From Camelus dromedarius (Eukaryota), in the NCBI RefSeq assembly GCF_036321535.1, contig NC_087436.1, positions 109,494,001 to 109,558,000 on the forward strand: a DNA stretch of 64,000 nucleotides. Direction: 5' to 3'. The notes under the pieces were generated by a model. That model saw only the letters and a list, made by a program, of their open reading frames with translations. It was not told the origin of the DNA and did not search any database. Both the position numbers and the translations under genes were made by a program. Positions within the stretch are counted from its first letter, which is position 1. Each line of letters starts with the position of its first letter. Below, one piece after another: positions 36,846-48,750 of this stretch.

Positions 36846-39064
36846 AACTATAAAAGCCCATAATATTGTCATTAGCACAACAGGTGCTCAACACACATTG
36901 AATTAATAAAATGGCACCTTATTAAGGATTATTCTTGTGGTTCTGCTCAAGATGTGTTGGAAGGAAGATGATGCTATTATTCTTCTCATGTAACCTTGCA
37001 AGCCTCTTCCAGGTTGTCCTAATTACTTGGTACCTTCTTTTCCCTGCATTATTAGCACATGCAGATGTTTCACTGTACATTCTATCCTCTATCATCTATG
37101 AAAATACATACTTGTTAAATGGAAATATTGAATAACCACCCATGGTTATAACTTCCAGACCTGAAACGTTGACATATAAAGCAGCTTACTTACTGAAAAT
37201 GCTCAGGACTGAAAAAGCAAAACCGTATTATGATGTGTTTAGGACTTAATACAGTGTTCTGCACATGGCAGGGACTGGAAATGTATTCTGGGGATAAACT
37301 TACTAAAGAATAGCACACTGTAAATTGTCCATAATTGATAAGTAGTGATGGTGGTAGCAGTAGTAATTTCAATAGTAACAGTAGTGGTATAATTACTGAG
37401 TACCGTAAATACTAGAATAAAAACACAGGTGACCTTAAATATAAAAACATGTACTACACTTCCCTTACTCAGGTTGGTTACCATTCCCACCTTTCTGTCA
37501 AGTTCTTCTGTTTCTGGTTTTTTGAATGGCCAACATTAGCAATGTCTCTTCCTCTACTTTGCTCAGAAGTCAAGCCTAATATTCAGATATTTGCCCCCAA
37601 ACTACGTATGATACCAAAGTTCTAGGAAAATGAAAAGTAATCTTTCATTGCAAAAATGTTCAAGGTCTCTGCCTTAAACAGCCCTAAAATAATGAATCTC
37701 TATGTTCTTCCTGATAAGGACACAGCTGAAAACCAGTAGCCACAAAGATCAGCCGAGTCACAGGTGAATGCTTTGACCCTAAGCTTTGCCAGTGATAAAT
37801 AGTGTTGTTTTTTTTTTTAAATTACATTTCTAAGTGCTTCCTGGCATCTGTTAAATTATTGCGTAGACCTCACCAAACAGCAGCTTCAAACTACTGAGCA
37901 GTTGAATAGTTCTCATTTATCACCAATGTTCCAAGCCCTTTCTCCTGCATTCACTGGTGAGCGGGGAGGAGCTGCTTCCTGGTTCACAGGTCACAGAGCC
38001 TGCACTTGATGATTCAATAAAGATTTTGTTCAAATGAAGTATCATCTGATCTCCTCTGACAACTACTGAGGAGGAGAACAGGCAACCTGGAAGACAACTG
38101 CTGTAATATTCTTTAAGGGGCAGATGGACCATGTTTCCAAAGGGGTATTTGATTAGGTTTTGCCATATGGTCAAGAATGTTTTTGTTTCTTCACGGCTTT
38201 ATTTGATAGATTTTGTGAATTTGGGGGAAATATTTAATAATATGCACTGATTAATGCTTGCAAACAGGCATGCTTTGCTGATTTGTGCCTTTGCTTTATT
38301 ATGTGGAATATTATAGTTCCAGGGCCCCTTTTATTTGTCCTATGATTTAATACTCCTTCTGAAGAAATGCCCACATTTAACTTAACCTATTGAAAACCAG
38401 ACTGCTGCTTCCAGGATAAAGAACACCTAAGACCAGAGATTGCTACAAAAATTAACACAGAGTTTACAATGTAGACTTAGATGGAAACTTGGATATTATC
38501 CATTTACCACTCTTATTTTGCAAAGAAACAGACATCTTCCCTCCAGTGAAAGGGCTTTTTTTCAGATCAAACCTCAAATTAATGTGACCTGAAGTTCTCT
38601 TGATTTAAGCACTGAATCACTAAATCCTAATCTAGGTTTTGTTCTACTGCAACACTATAAATCTTCTCTCCCAAGGAGACTGGTTTTTGGATTCTGCCAT
38701 CTGGCCATTGATTATTTCAGCATTCTTTTGTTTTTCCTAATTCATCTGCTTTCTCAAGTCTACCCCATTCAATAAAAAGTTGTCCAAATTCCTCTTCTTT
38801 GTTTTGCACCATAAATTCCCTTTTTCTCTCAAATTAGTGTCTTTCTTACACATCAAAATTTTAATCCTGATCCTAAAAACTATCAGCATTTGTTTATTCA
38901 TTCAATTGGTATTTATAACATATCTGCTTTTCTGGTTTTATAGATCATAGGAAACATGTAGGAAATATATTCCCTACAGGTAAGCAGGGCTTAATAAATC
39001 ATGGTATGTACACTTGTGGGATTCTAGATAGCTAATCAAAACAATGCTTCAAAATAATAATTCA

Positions 39065-39272
39065 CAAACTGGCTAATTGGTCAAATTTGTCCCACCATTT
39101 GTTTTCATAAATAAAGTTTTATTAGAACACAGTTATTCCCATTTGTTTATATGTTATCTAAAGTTACACCTTCAGTAGAAGAGTTGAGCAATTTCAACAG
39201 ATACCCTGGGGCCCATGAAGCCTAAAATATTTACTTTCTGACCCTTTACAGAAAAAGGTTTTCTGACCCCTG
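39065..39272. mobile_element. MER58A-like hAT MITE
   Basis: TAAATAAAGTTTTATTAGAACACAG...AAGCCTAAAATATTTACTTTCTGACCCTTTACAGAAAAAGGTTTTCTGACCCCTG. Confidence 0.88.
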
Positions 39273-39829
39273 CATTATAAGAATCATTAATACCATTTAT
39301 TTCATAAATTTTTTCATGCACATAAAATAGACATAATAGCAAAATATCAGTAACATAATGTTAAGATAACATGTAGGTTACAAAATGATCCAATTTTTAT
39401 AAAGAAAATTTATATGTAGAAAAATAATCTAATAGATAAACACCAAATATTAGCAGTTTGGGTGTTTGGTGGAAGTCTGGGTAATATTTTCTTCTATTTT
39501 TCTTATATGTTGTATCAGTTAGAGGATTTTTCTTTTGTTTTTCTCATATGAGGAATCTGTTAGAGAAATACTGGTTGCAAGTTACAAAACCCCTGATGAT
39601 CAGTAATTTAAAACATAATAACTTTTATTGTTCACTTAAAGAGTCTGGAGTCCAGAGCTTATTCATAACAAAAAATGTTATCTGGGTCTGAAGTGTAATG
39701 TGTATGTTTGTAATAATTTAATTTCAGGGCAGGATGAATATTCAGGTAAGATAAAAACCAAAAAAAAAAAAGATAGATAATGGTTAAAGAGCTTATACAT
39801 ACAATATTCCAGCACTGTTACAACTGTGT

Positions 39830-40045
39830 GTAAACATGGGTTCTAGAGCAAGAATGACTCATCAAATTCATCTTCCTTCTCTTATATTTGTTCTGCACAC
39901 CTGAGAAACGCATTGACCTCCCTGTGCCTCACGTCTGTAACACACTTATAAAGTAAGATTAATGAAAGAGTATCTTACAGAACTGTTTTGAGCACTTAAC
40001 ATGTTGATACCACGGGAGTGTTGAATAACCACTCAATAAATATTA
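39830..40045 (+). mobile_element. MIR SINE
   Basis: TGACCTCCCTGTGCCTCA...CACTCAATAAATATTAG. Confidence 0.6.
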
Positions 40046-40356
40046 GGCATTATCAGTGTTAGTAGTAAACGATGTGAGAAATCTTAAAAATCTGACCATG
40101 AAGAGTATGTATAACGTGAAACTATGAACGAAAGCCACATCCACATAGCAGCCTCTCTGCTGGTGGCCGAGGTAGAGAATCAACCACCACTCAGAGGGGA
40201 CAGAGGTTTTCAGGTTTCTGACTCCTTGGTATGTACATGGTAATACTGTCTGTGCTGCTTTCCCCTTTAACCATGCCCCACCTAATTCCCACCAATTTTT
40301 CCTCCTGAGACAGCTGAATCTAGTCCCGCCCTCACCTCCACCCACCTCCCTGGCCC

Positions 40357-40738
40357 TGTTTTAGTCTGTTCGTGCTGGCATAAAAAAGCACCACAAACGA
40401 GGTGGCTTAAACAGCAGGAATGTATTGTCACAGTTCTGGAGGCTGGAAGCCTGAGACCAGGGCGCTGGCAGGGTTGGTTTCTTCTGAGCGCCCTCTCCTT
40501 GGCTTGTAGACGTCCGCCTTCTCCCTGTGTCTTCACAGGGTCTTTCCTTTCTGTGTGTCTGTGTCCTCATCTCTTCCTCTTATAAGGACACCAGTCATAT
40601 CGGATTAAGACCCACCCTAAGGATCCCATTTTAACTTACTCCCCTGCTTATAGGTCCTATCTCCAAATCCAGTCACATATTCTGGGGGCTAGGACTTCAA
40701 CATACGAATTTGAGGAGGACATAATTCAACCCATAACA
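40357..40738 (-). mobile_element. Solo MaLR LTR, MLT1B-like
   Basis: TGTTTTAGTCTGTTCGTGCTG...GGTGGCTTAAACA...CTCTCCTTGGCTTGTAGA...ATTCAACCCATAACA; same family as 9391-9786. Confidence 0.92.
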
Positions 40739-41146
40739 CTCCCTATTGTCTCTCATTGCGTCTTACCCATTTATTCCTAACACTTGTAATATAGAAATAT
40801 GTTAACATTTGTTATTATTTTTTTCTTTATTTGTTAAAGTTCTGCTTCCATATGAGCTGCTGCTTTATCTACTCCTGCAGCCCTGAAACAATGCCTGGCA
40901 CCTTTGGAGATCAAGCAGTAGATGTTCAATAAACGAATGAAGAGCAAATGAATGGACTTCTTTTCTCTCTTTCCAGAACAACATACACTATCAGCTGGTG
41001 AAGATACAGAAACTTCTTTACCAGGGGGTATATAATATATTTAAAAAGTAGAGAAGTTAGAGATAGCCTAGATGTACAGGGAGTTCTGGATTATTTAGTT
41101 TAGTTCTTTGTAGTATTAGATTAGCTAGACTATACGAAATTAACTG

Positions 41147-41531
41147 TTTTTTTTCTTTTTCAGTTTTATTAGTTGAAATTATTATAGTTCGACTGCACAT
41201 GCACATTACCTTGCATGTAAATACATATAAATAGTATACCATACTTTTTTTTTTGGTTTACATATACGTACTAATTATTGTTTCTAAGACCAGATTAGAG
41301 CTTTAGCTTTTTAAACTTACATAGTTATCAAAGGAATAAAGCCCATCACAAAATAAAAATCAACAGAATTCAGTAATCCAATCATAAAGGACAGTCAAGT
41401 GTGCTTACACATAATCAAGAAATCAATCATCCTAGTTATAAATAATTAGTTCATTTGTGTCTTTATTATTATTGTTATTATTATTTAGATTCCTCATATA
41501 AATGAGGTCATATGGCATTTTTCTTTCTCTT
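41147..41531 (-). mobile_element. Truncated L1 end with a non-canonical polyadenylated 3' segment
   Basis: 41485-41531 matches the ORF2 stop region of the young L1 (51101-51148). The minus strand continues GACACAAATGAACT, then ~280 bp not resembling the other L1 UTRs here, AATAAA (41170-41165) and an A tail (41160-41147). Confidence 0.7.
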
Positions 41532-43119
41532 TTTAATTTTTATAGATTAAAAAATGGTCAAATGTAGGCAATTTTAGATTGTTCCACTTATTCAAAGAAA
41601 GCTTTTTGTTGAAGGTTGTCTGTCATTTTGAAAAAAAAATTCTTCTCTTTGGATACAAAGCTTTCTGTTCATTTTTCAGCCACAGGAACCCTACCTTGAT
41701 TACTATTGCCTTTGATTTTGTCTAAAGAATTTCTCATGCTAAACTTTGTCCTTCTTGGGCAAATTAGTCCCCAGTGCTCAGGTCTTCTGAGCAGGCCCTC
41801 GTTTGAGGATTTAAGCACTGACCGCTCCCTGCAGTAACTCAAACTCAGTTACTCATCTTTTCCTCCCAGAGGCTGTTCTAGGGTATATGAGGATTCAAAG
41901 GCAGCCCTCTCCATCTCCATTAAATCAGCCTCCATGACTGGGCACATGCACTCAGCTCTTACTTCAGGGTAAATTCTTTCCATGCACATCCTGTATTTCC
42001 TCTCACCTTTTAGGGTGTCGGGTGTCAGGCTATTCTTTATTTTTTAACAGTTTGAGCAGTTTTCTTGCCTCCCTCTTTACCCCCTCCCTTCCTACCTTTC
42101 TTCCTTCCTCTCTTCCTGGCTGCTTCCCTCATTCCCCCTTTCCTTTCTTGTTCACAGTATCATCATTGCAGTGTGCTCTATGCACGTAACAATGAAGACC
42201 ATGTGGTATTGGTCTTAAAAGAAGTTACATTGTGGTGAGTGACACTGACATGTCAACAGTCACGCTGTGTCCACTGTATTTGTAAATGTGACAATAGAGC
42301 TCTGCTCAGGGTGACACAGGAGCTTGTCAGAGCCCACCTGTGGGTGGAGCTGGATGGTTAGAAAGTTTCCCTAAGGCCATGACCACTAAACTAAATGCCT
42401 AATTTTAATATTATTTGCACACCATATTACCTCCTATTACAGGGAATTTCCAAAGGTTAGCCCTTACGTATAAAATGCTCTTTTTTACTGCTTTTTGCCT
42501 CATTAATGTTGGTCCATCAGATCACAACTCAAGCATTATTACTTCCTTAGGGGGCATGTCCCTGTCCAGATCAAATCTACATAGTAAAAAAATGCATAGT
42601 TCTGTGTATGCCTTTTTTTGTAATTTTTAGCACCACTGTAATTTTACATTTGTTTGTTTAATTAATTGATTAATATCCATCTTTTCAACGAAAAGGTGAG
42701 GTGGCAGGAAGTTAGAGATTTGGCTACGTGCCTAGCTGGAATAGTGCCTGACACATCAGAGACTCAGTGATACTTGTTGACTGAGTGAACACATTTTTAT
42801 ATAGAGAAGGAGCAGCTGAGAGTGGTGGGGGCGGGGGGGTGCAGTGAGTTGAGTAGGATATTCCAACAAGAAAAAGCTACTTTAGCAAGAACCTGAAGGT
42901 GAGCGGGCCCCTGTTTGTCAGTGAATTGTTATCTGGAGCGAAGAGCCTGTGAAGGTAAACGGGACTAAGAGGGAAGGCTTTGTAAGTTTTTCAGAGCTCT
43001 TCCTGTGTACTTCACATGGGGACAGATGATGAGATTTGCACTGCTATAAATTACTCTGGTTGCAGTGTGGAAAATACTTGGGGGGCAGCATACCTAGAGC
43101 TGGGGGAGCTCATTTAACG

Positions 43120-43310
43120 AGTGAGACTTACATAAACAGAAAGCAGAGTGGTGGTTTCCATGGGCTGAAAGGAAGAGTGAAATGGGGAGTTTCCGTTCAG
43201 GGAATGGTTATACAACTTCTGTCATGAAAGATGAGAAAAGTTCTAGAGACATGATGCACTACGTTGCGTTTATGGTTAACAACACAAGCTGCTAAAAAGA
43301 TTTTAAGAAA
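43120..43310 (+). mobile_element. L1MA/MB-like 3' UTR fragment
   Basis: AACAGAAAGCAGAGTGGTGGTTTCCATGGGCTG...AAATGGGGAGTT...AAGATGAGAAAAGTTCTAGAGA. Confidence 0.75.
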
Positions 43311-43439
43311 GGAGCTGATTCAGATGGGCCATACATCTTCCTTCTTACTACGTAGAATGTTGATATGATGGTTTAAATCCCAGCAGCCATAGGTGCCCCG
43401 GGGGACAGCAGCTGAATTTTTTTATTTTCCTTAAATCCT

Positions 43440-43803
43440 GCTATGTCTTAACAGGCTTCTGTAGAGTTCCATGACAAAGTGTCCTAGGTCTTCTCAGGTC
43501 ACCGGCAGGATTAAAGTTGGATTCTTGGAGGTTGTAAGAAACTGATGAAGGTTACAGTGTATCTTCGTGGATTTCAGCTTGTTCTCATGCATTCTAGTTT
43601 GGTTCTGCTTTTTCCCACTTCTCATCCATCTTCCCTTCTTGACTGTGATCTCTGCTTGACTCCAACATTGTATGCAGGGGCAGTGGGCCTTCATGGAGTA
43701 CTTAACCAGCTCCCACAACTGCACAATGTCTAATCCATACAATAAATCTCTTTATATCACTTATATTGGTTTTGGTGTCTCTAATAAAACTGTAGCTGTT
43801 GCA
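43440..43803 (+). mobile_element. ERVL LTR fragment, MLT2F-like
   Basis: ACTTAACCAGCTCCCACAACTGCA...ACAATAAATCTCTTTATA...TTGGTTTTGGTGTCTCT 3' end. Confidence 0.6.
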
Positions 43804-45843
43804 TGATGACAAGATGGTTTAAACTTGAACAATAAGGTGAATTTGAATATGGAATTTAATACTAAAGTTTGCAGAGAAAGGTCCTGGGTCCTAAAGACTT
43901 TGTGGAGCCATAATACAAGCCCTGATCTGTCTATTTCTGGACTTCATTTATACTGTACAATAAATCACCTTTATATGAGGTTTCTGTTACATACAGACCT
44001 GAGGTCTAAGTGATGCAGATGCCATCTTAAATTATTCACTGGTGATATTTTCTTGAAGTGATACTGATGATATTTACTACTGAGAGTAGTAAAATATTTG
44101 ATAAGAATTTGATAACAATTCAGAGGCTATGCATTTGTTTCTAAGAAAAGCATGCTATTATCAATTGATTAAACTTGTCAACCAGAGTCACTAGGTAGGA
44201 GAGTGGTGGAAACTTTACCTAGTGTAAGCCATTCTTCCCCTTATGGAAGATATTGCAATCAATTATACAAGGACCCAATGCAAACCCGCCACTCGTCTTA
44301 GTCTCTTAATTGGCTCATTGTGTCTCTTTCCCAGCTCATGGGGATAAATTTAATACACGTCTCTTTTGTCCTGAAACCAAAATGAACTAAGTTCGAATAA
44401 CCTTTCCTTTTTTCCAAATCCCTGGATATGGAGTAGCTTGAAGATTTCTGAACCTTAACATGTACTGAGTCTGGATTTAAATAATAAAGCCCCTAAGTCA
44501 TAGGATGAAACATCTTCTGAGAAACTCTGTGTCAGATTCAAAGAATGGGAGGGATAGTATCATTTTTGGCATAAAAGTTTGCCATAAAATTATTAATCTG
44601 AAATCTGGGGTCTGAAGATGCTCTAGTAGATCATCTTTTTGAGAAGTGTGTGCTGCTTCCCCACTGTATGCTAATATTGAAACATGACGTGCAATGTGTG
44701 TGTGTGAATTTTAGTTGATAAATATTAGACTGAACATTCTAGAAACTTTCAAATTTCTTATTCTTCCATTTCTAGCTCCTTTGATGTTTGAAAAGTGTAT
44801 GTATAGATAGTGGAGTAGTACAACAGGGCTTATGTTCTCGTTTGTTCCTTTATGATTTCTGCTAACATTGAACAAGATGTTTAATCTCTCTTAGCATCAT
44901 CTTCTGCGAGAGGATTATTAGCGCCATCCTCTGAAGAATGAGAATGAAGATAAAGCTTGCAAAGTACGTGGGACTAAATAAGCATTGAGTAGATGCTCGT
45001 GTTTCCTATTTGCCTTCTCCTAAAATAAGCAGCAATCCAAGAATACTCCTGCTCTTATTACTTCTTCTAAAATCACAGCCAATTTCAATAAAAAAAAGAT
45101 TCATGCCACTGGGGGAAAAAATCACATTTATATCTATCATTGCTTCTGCTTCACTGATAGGAAAACAAGATATCATGTGAATTCAGTTCTTCCTATTATA
45201 TGGTCATCTAAAAGCATTTGTGGACAATTTATTGGACATTTTATATATCTTCCCAAGTAATCATGATCGTCTTATGAGTATTGATTTCCCTTACTCTGTA
45301 AAAAAACCTCTTTTATCTTCCAGTGTCTTCTCTGGATTGCTCTTTTATGGAGAAGTAACATTTTGCCATGAGAAACATGTAAAATATTTAACTCCTTGGC
45401 ATTTTTTTTGTCAGAGGTCAGGCTTTAATGAGATGGATTACTTTAAGGCCTGGAGCATATTTTTGCAGTGACTATGTAGCTGTCAAAATCTTTACAGTAA
45501 CAGAAAATTATTGACTTTTCTCAGCTTAGGAATGGCCAGCGAACAAAAGGATGATTGAGCCCACAGCAAGTGTTTCTCAAAAGTCCTCATGACCTTGTCA
45601 TTACCTCCTTTGCAGGGAGAAGAAAAATCCAAACTTAATTTCCTAAAGGAGACGGGAGCTCTATGTTGCTTTTTATAAGATGAGATCAGGGCCAGAGATA
45701 TAGGGTTAACGTTGGGAAGCAGTGAAAGATAGAGTGAGAAAGTTAGGTTGGGATTGGCTTCGTAATGCTGGACAAAGAATTGAGGGTAATTCATTAAACG
45801 TTCATTGAGGATATTTTTCTCAAAAGATTATGACCAAGCTAGA

Positions 45844-46540
45844 TTTTACAGAGAGGGTTAATACTAGAGAGGCTAGTTGTGTGACCCAGGAGTTCATATT
45901 TTGTAGGCAAGCAAAAGAAGGAAATAATTTAGTATAGAGTAGTGAGACAGCAGGGAAGGGGGCATGGCACAGCCATTAACACAATGACACAGCAATGAGC
46001 ACCAAGATGGTGGAAGATTCAATGCCCAGAGCTTCAATATTGAAATACAATAGCATGTTAAATGGTACTCCCACAGGTGCCAGGACAGTTTTAAGTCTGA
46101 CCTTAAGAGGTCAAAGGGTGAGTGATGGCCCATTTCCTGGGAATCCCAGCCCCTTCCCCAAAGTGGTTGGAATAACCCTCCCACTTGTTACCATATGAAG
46201 CTACGGAGCCAATAAAATCTAACAATCTTTACACCTCGTGGTCACTCTCCCTTCTGAGTAGAACTGACCGCACCTCTTGTCTGTGGAGCGTGTATCTACT
46301 TTTACTTAAAACTGAGCACCTAACTTGCCCACCTCATGGCCTCTTTGGCCTCTGAGGCAGCCTACAGTCTGTCTATGGAGTATGTATCTCTCTGAATAAA
46401 TCTACCTTTACTCAACTGTGGCTCGCTTTTGAATTCTTTCCTGTGTGAATTCGAGGACCCACGCTACGCAGAATGCATCGCAGGGATTCAACCGAGACCT
46501 GGGACACAGCCATCCTCTGGCCCCACATTTTCCTCTAACA
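45844..46540 (+). mobile_element. ERV solo LTR (ERV1-like, ~700 bp)
   Basis: Degenerate inverted termini TTTTACAG/CTCTAACA, CCAAGATGG motif, poly(A) signal GAATAAATCTACCTTTACT at ~46394, U5-like TGAATTCTTTCCTG...GAGGACCC. No clean TSD, so the left boundary is uncertain. Confidence 0.8.
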
Positions 46541-46694
46541 AGAACATGGATAAACCAAAGAGCTGACTTAGGAGTCTATAGGCTTGGATTCTAGCTTCAC
46601 CTTTGATTTAAGTCTGTAACTTCCTGCATTTTACCTCCACAAACTAAAGACTGAGGACTGCTCAGAATCCAGGCATCTTCCCAGCTAATTCACC

Positions 46695-46697
<3 letters not shown>

Positions 46698-46745
<48 letters not shown>
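46698..46745. repeat. (CA)n microsatellite
   Basis: Read directly. Confidence 0.97.
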
Positions 46746-46749
<4 letters not shown>

Positions 46750-47300
46750 TCTTAAACTATGTTGCTAAACTGTTTATCTGGCAATTATGTCTTAGAACTT
46801 TGGTATAATTCTGGCTAAGTTCCAGGTTTAGAGACATCCAAAAAGGGAAGAAGAATTAAAGAATCACTGGAAATGCTTCCATGATTGAATCTGGGGATGC
46901 TTTTCAGCCACTTGCCATCCTTCATTCCTGAGGAATGAGAAACTCATAATGCAACAATTCCCTATTTCTTTTAACTAGAATGCGGCTGTGGCCTCTGGAC
47001 CTCTTACTAAGTTTAAGCATTATGGATTTCTATGTGGCCAGTATGAGAAATTGGTACACTTGACTTGGAGAAAAGAGCCAATTTTTGGTAGTTAGTGATC
47101 CTGTTTTATGACTTTCTTTTGACAGTTTGAAAAATGTTGTATAATTTTCATGGAATCAAAGAAATAAGAAGCATTCAGGCTTTATAAAAATGGAAACGGA
47201 CATATATTTCTATGCCAATTTTTCTACTTTTATGTTACTCAAAATTCTGAGGCACAGCTATAAAACTACTTTTGAAAATGAGATCATGAGATCAACAATA

Positions 47301-47360
47301 TGTGAGTGTGAGTGTGTGAGTATGTGCGTGTGTGTGTGTGTGTGTGTGTGGTGGGTGTGT
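47301..47360. repeat. (TG)n compound microsatellite
   Basis: Read directly. Confidence 0.93.
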
Positions 47361-48529
47361 TAGCCGGGTGTGAGAGACCTCTTATAAAACCACTTCGAGT
47401 GCTTTTAGATAGGATTAACAATTGGTTCATTTGCTTTCATAGCAATTACAGAATTATTAGCTAGACATTAGTTTACAAATTGCTTGATTATATACCATAT
47501 TCTTGAGTGAGAAGGATTAGTTATGAACGCAAATTCTTTGAGGGCTTTTGCTTGAAATATTAATTTATGGAATATTATGTTTTTTCTATTTGTAATATTT
47601 ACTTAGCCAACTGATTTGCCAGTAAATTTAAAAATGATCTACTGCAGGGAAATCCTCCCTGCTAAGTCCTATGAGAAAAATATCTTGCAAATTATGGCTC
47701 GCTGTTGAGATTTTTTTCCCCTTTGGGGCATAACATGGCTTGTTATAATAAAGCATGTGTGATGGATTTTAGGATGACACTTTATTTTCTAGAGTTGAGC
47801 TCTTTAAAAATATCTCGGGTATTAGGTTGTCTGTAGCTATAAATGTAATATTTCAATATTTTTTTTCTCCAAGGAGTGCAGAGTTCTTATAATATGAATA
47901 AATTGATTTACCCACACTATAGCGGGTAAGGGTGAGATAGAAAAAGAAGAGATAATCAGCTTTTATTCCTGATGCTTGATTTAGCCATCAGAAACCTGAT
48001 ATGTAAGGGGAAAAATGAACTCCCAATATTTATATATTGGCTTCAATCCAGATATAGAAGAACTTGACACACTGCTCAAATGAAAGTCCATTTTCTCCTT
48101 CCTATTTGGAACAACGGACTGTGTGGTCCTGGTTATTTTAGAATTATCTACAGCCACAGTAAAAGGTATAGTAAGTGGATATGTTAAGGGAATGAAATTA
48201 GAAAGGCATCTCAGATTGGCAGAATGTAATTACTTACTTGAAATTTACCCAGGACATTTGCTGTTGACACATTCAGTTCATGTAAAGGATCTTTAATTAC
48301 CCAAAGCAGCTAGTTTGTGGTTTCACATCTCAGTGGAAAGAAAGCAATTCCTGGAGCAAGGCATTGTAAACACCATGCAGTTCTGAAGCATTCCTTCTGA
48401 TCAAAGGAAACCAGGGTTACTTCTTGTTAGGGAGGTCCACTGCAAGCTTGTTCAGTTATTTCTTAGGATGGAGTCCCCAGACACTTGGTGAAGAGAAGCT
48501 AATTTTCCTTTTTGGAGTCAATGTGTACT

Positions 48530-48750
48530 AAAGACAATGGGCTTTGAAATAAGACCAAGATTGTGGAAATCCTAGCTCAACCACTTACCAACTCTCTGAC
48601 CCTGGGCAGATTATTTAATTTTTCCATATCTAATGACCTAAAATGGGAAATGATGCCTATGTTAGAGAATAATTAGATAAGGTTAAATAAGCTAATGTGT
48701 GAAACCTAGCACAGCGCATGTCACGTGACCAGAACTCAACAAATGTCAGT
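48530..48750 (+). mobile_element. MIR SINE
   Basis: AATCCTAGCTCAACCACTTACCA...TGACCCTGGGCAGATTATTTAA...AAAATGGGAAATGATGCCTA...CTCAACAAATGTCAG. Confidence 0.8.

Noticed and set aside
38965..38986. Recursive splice site TTCCCTACAG|GTAAGC
   Set aside because: The pyrimidine tract is too short and no host gene is established; it is equally an isolated donor-like motif.
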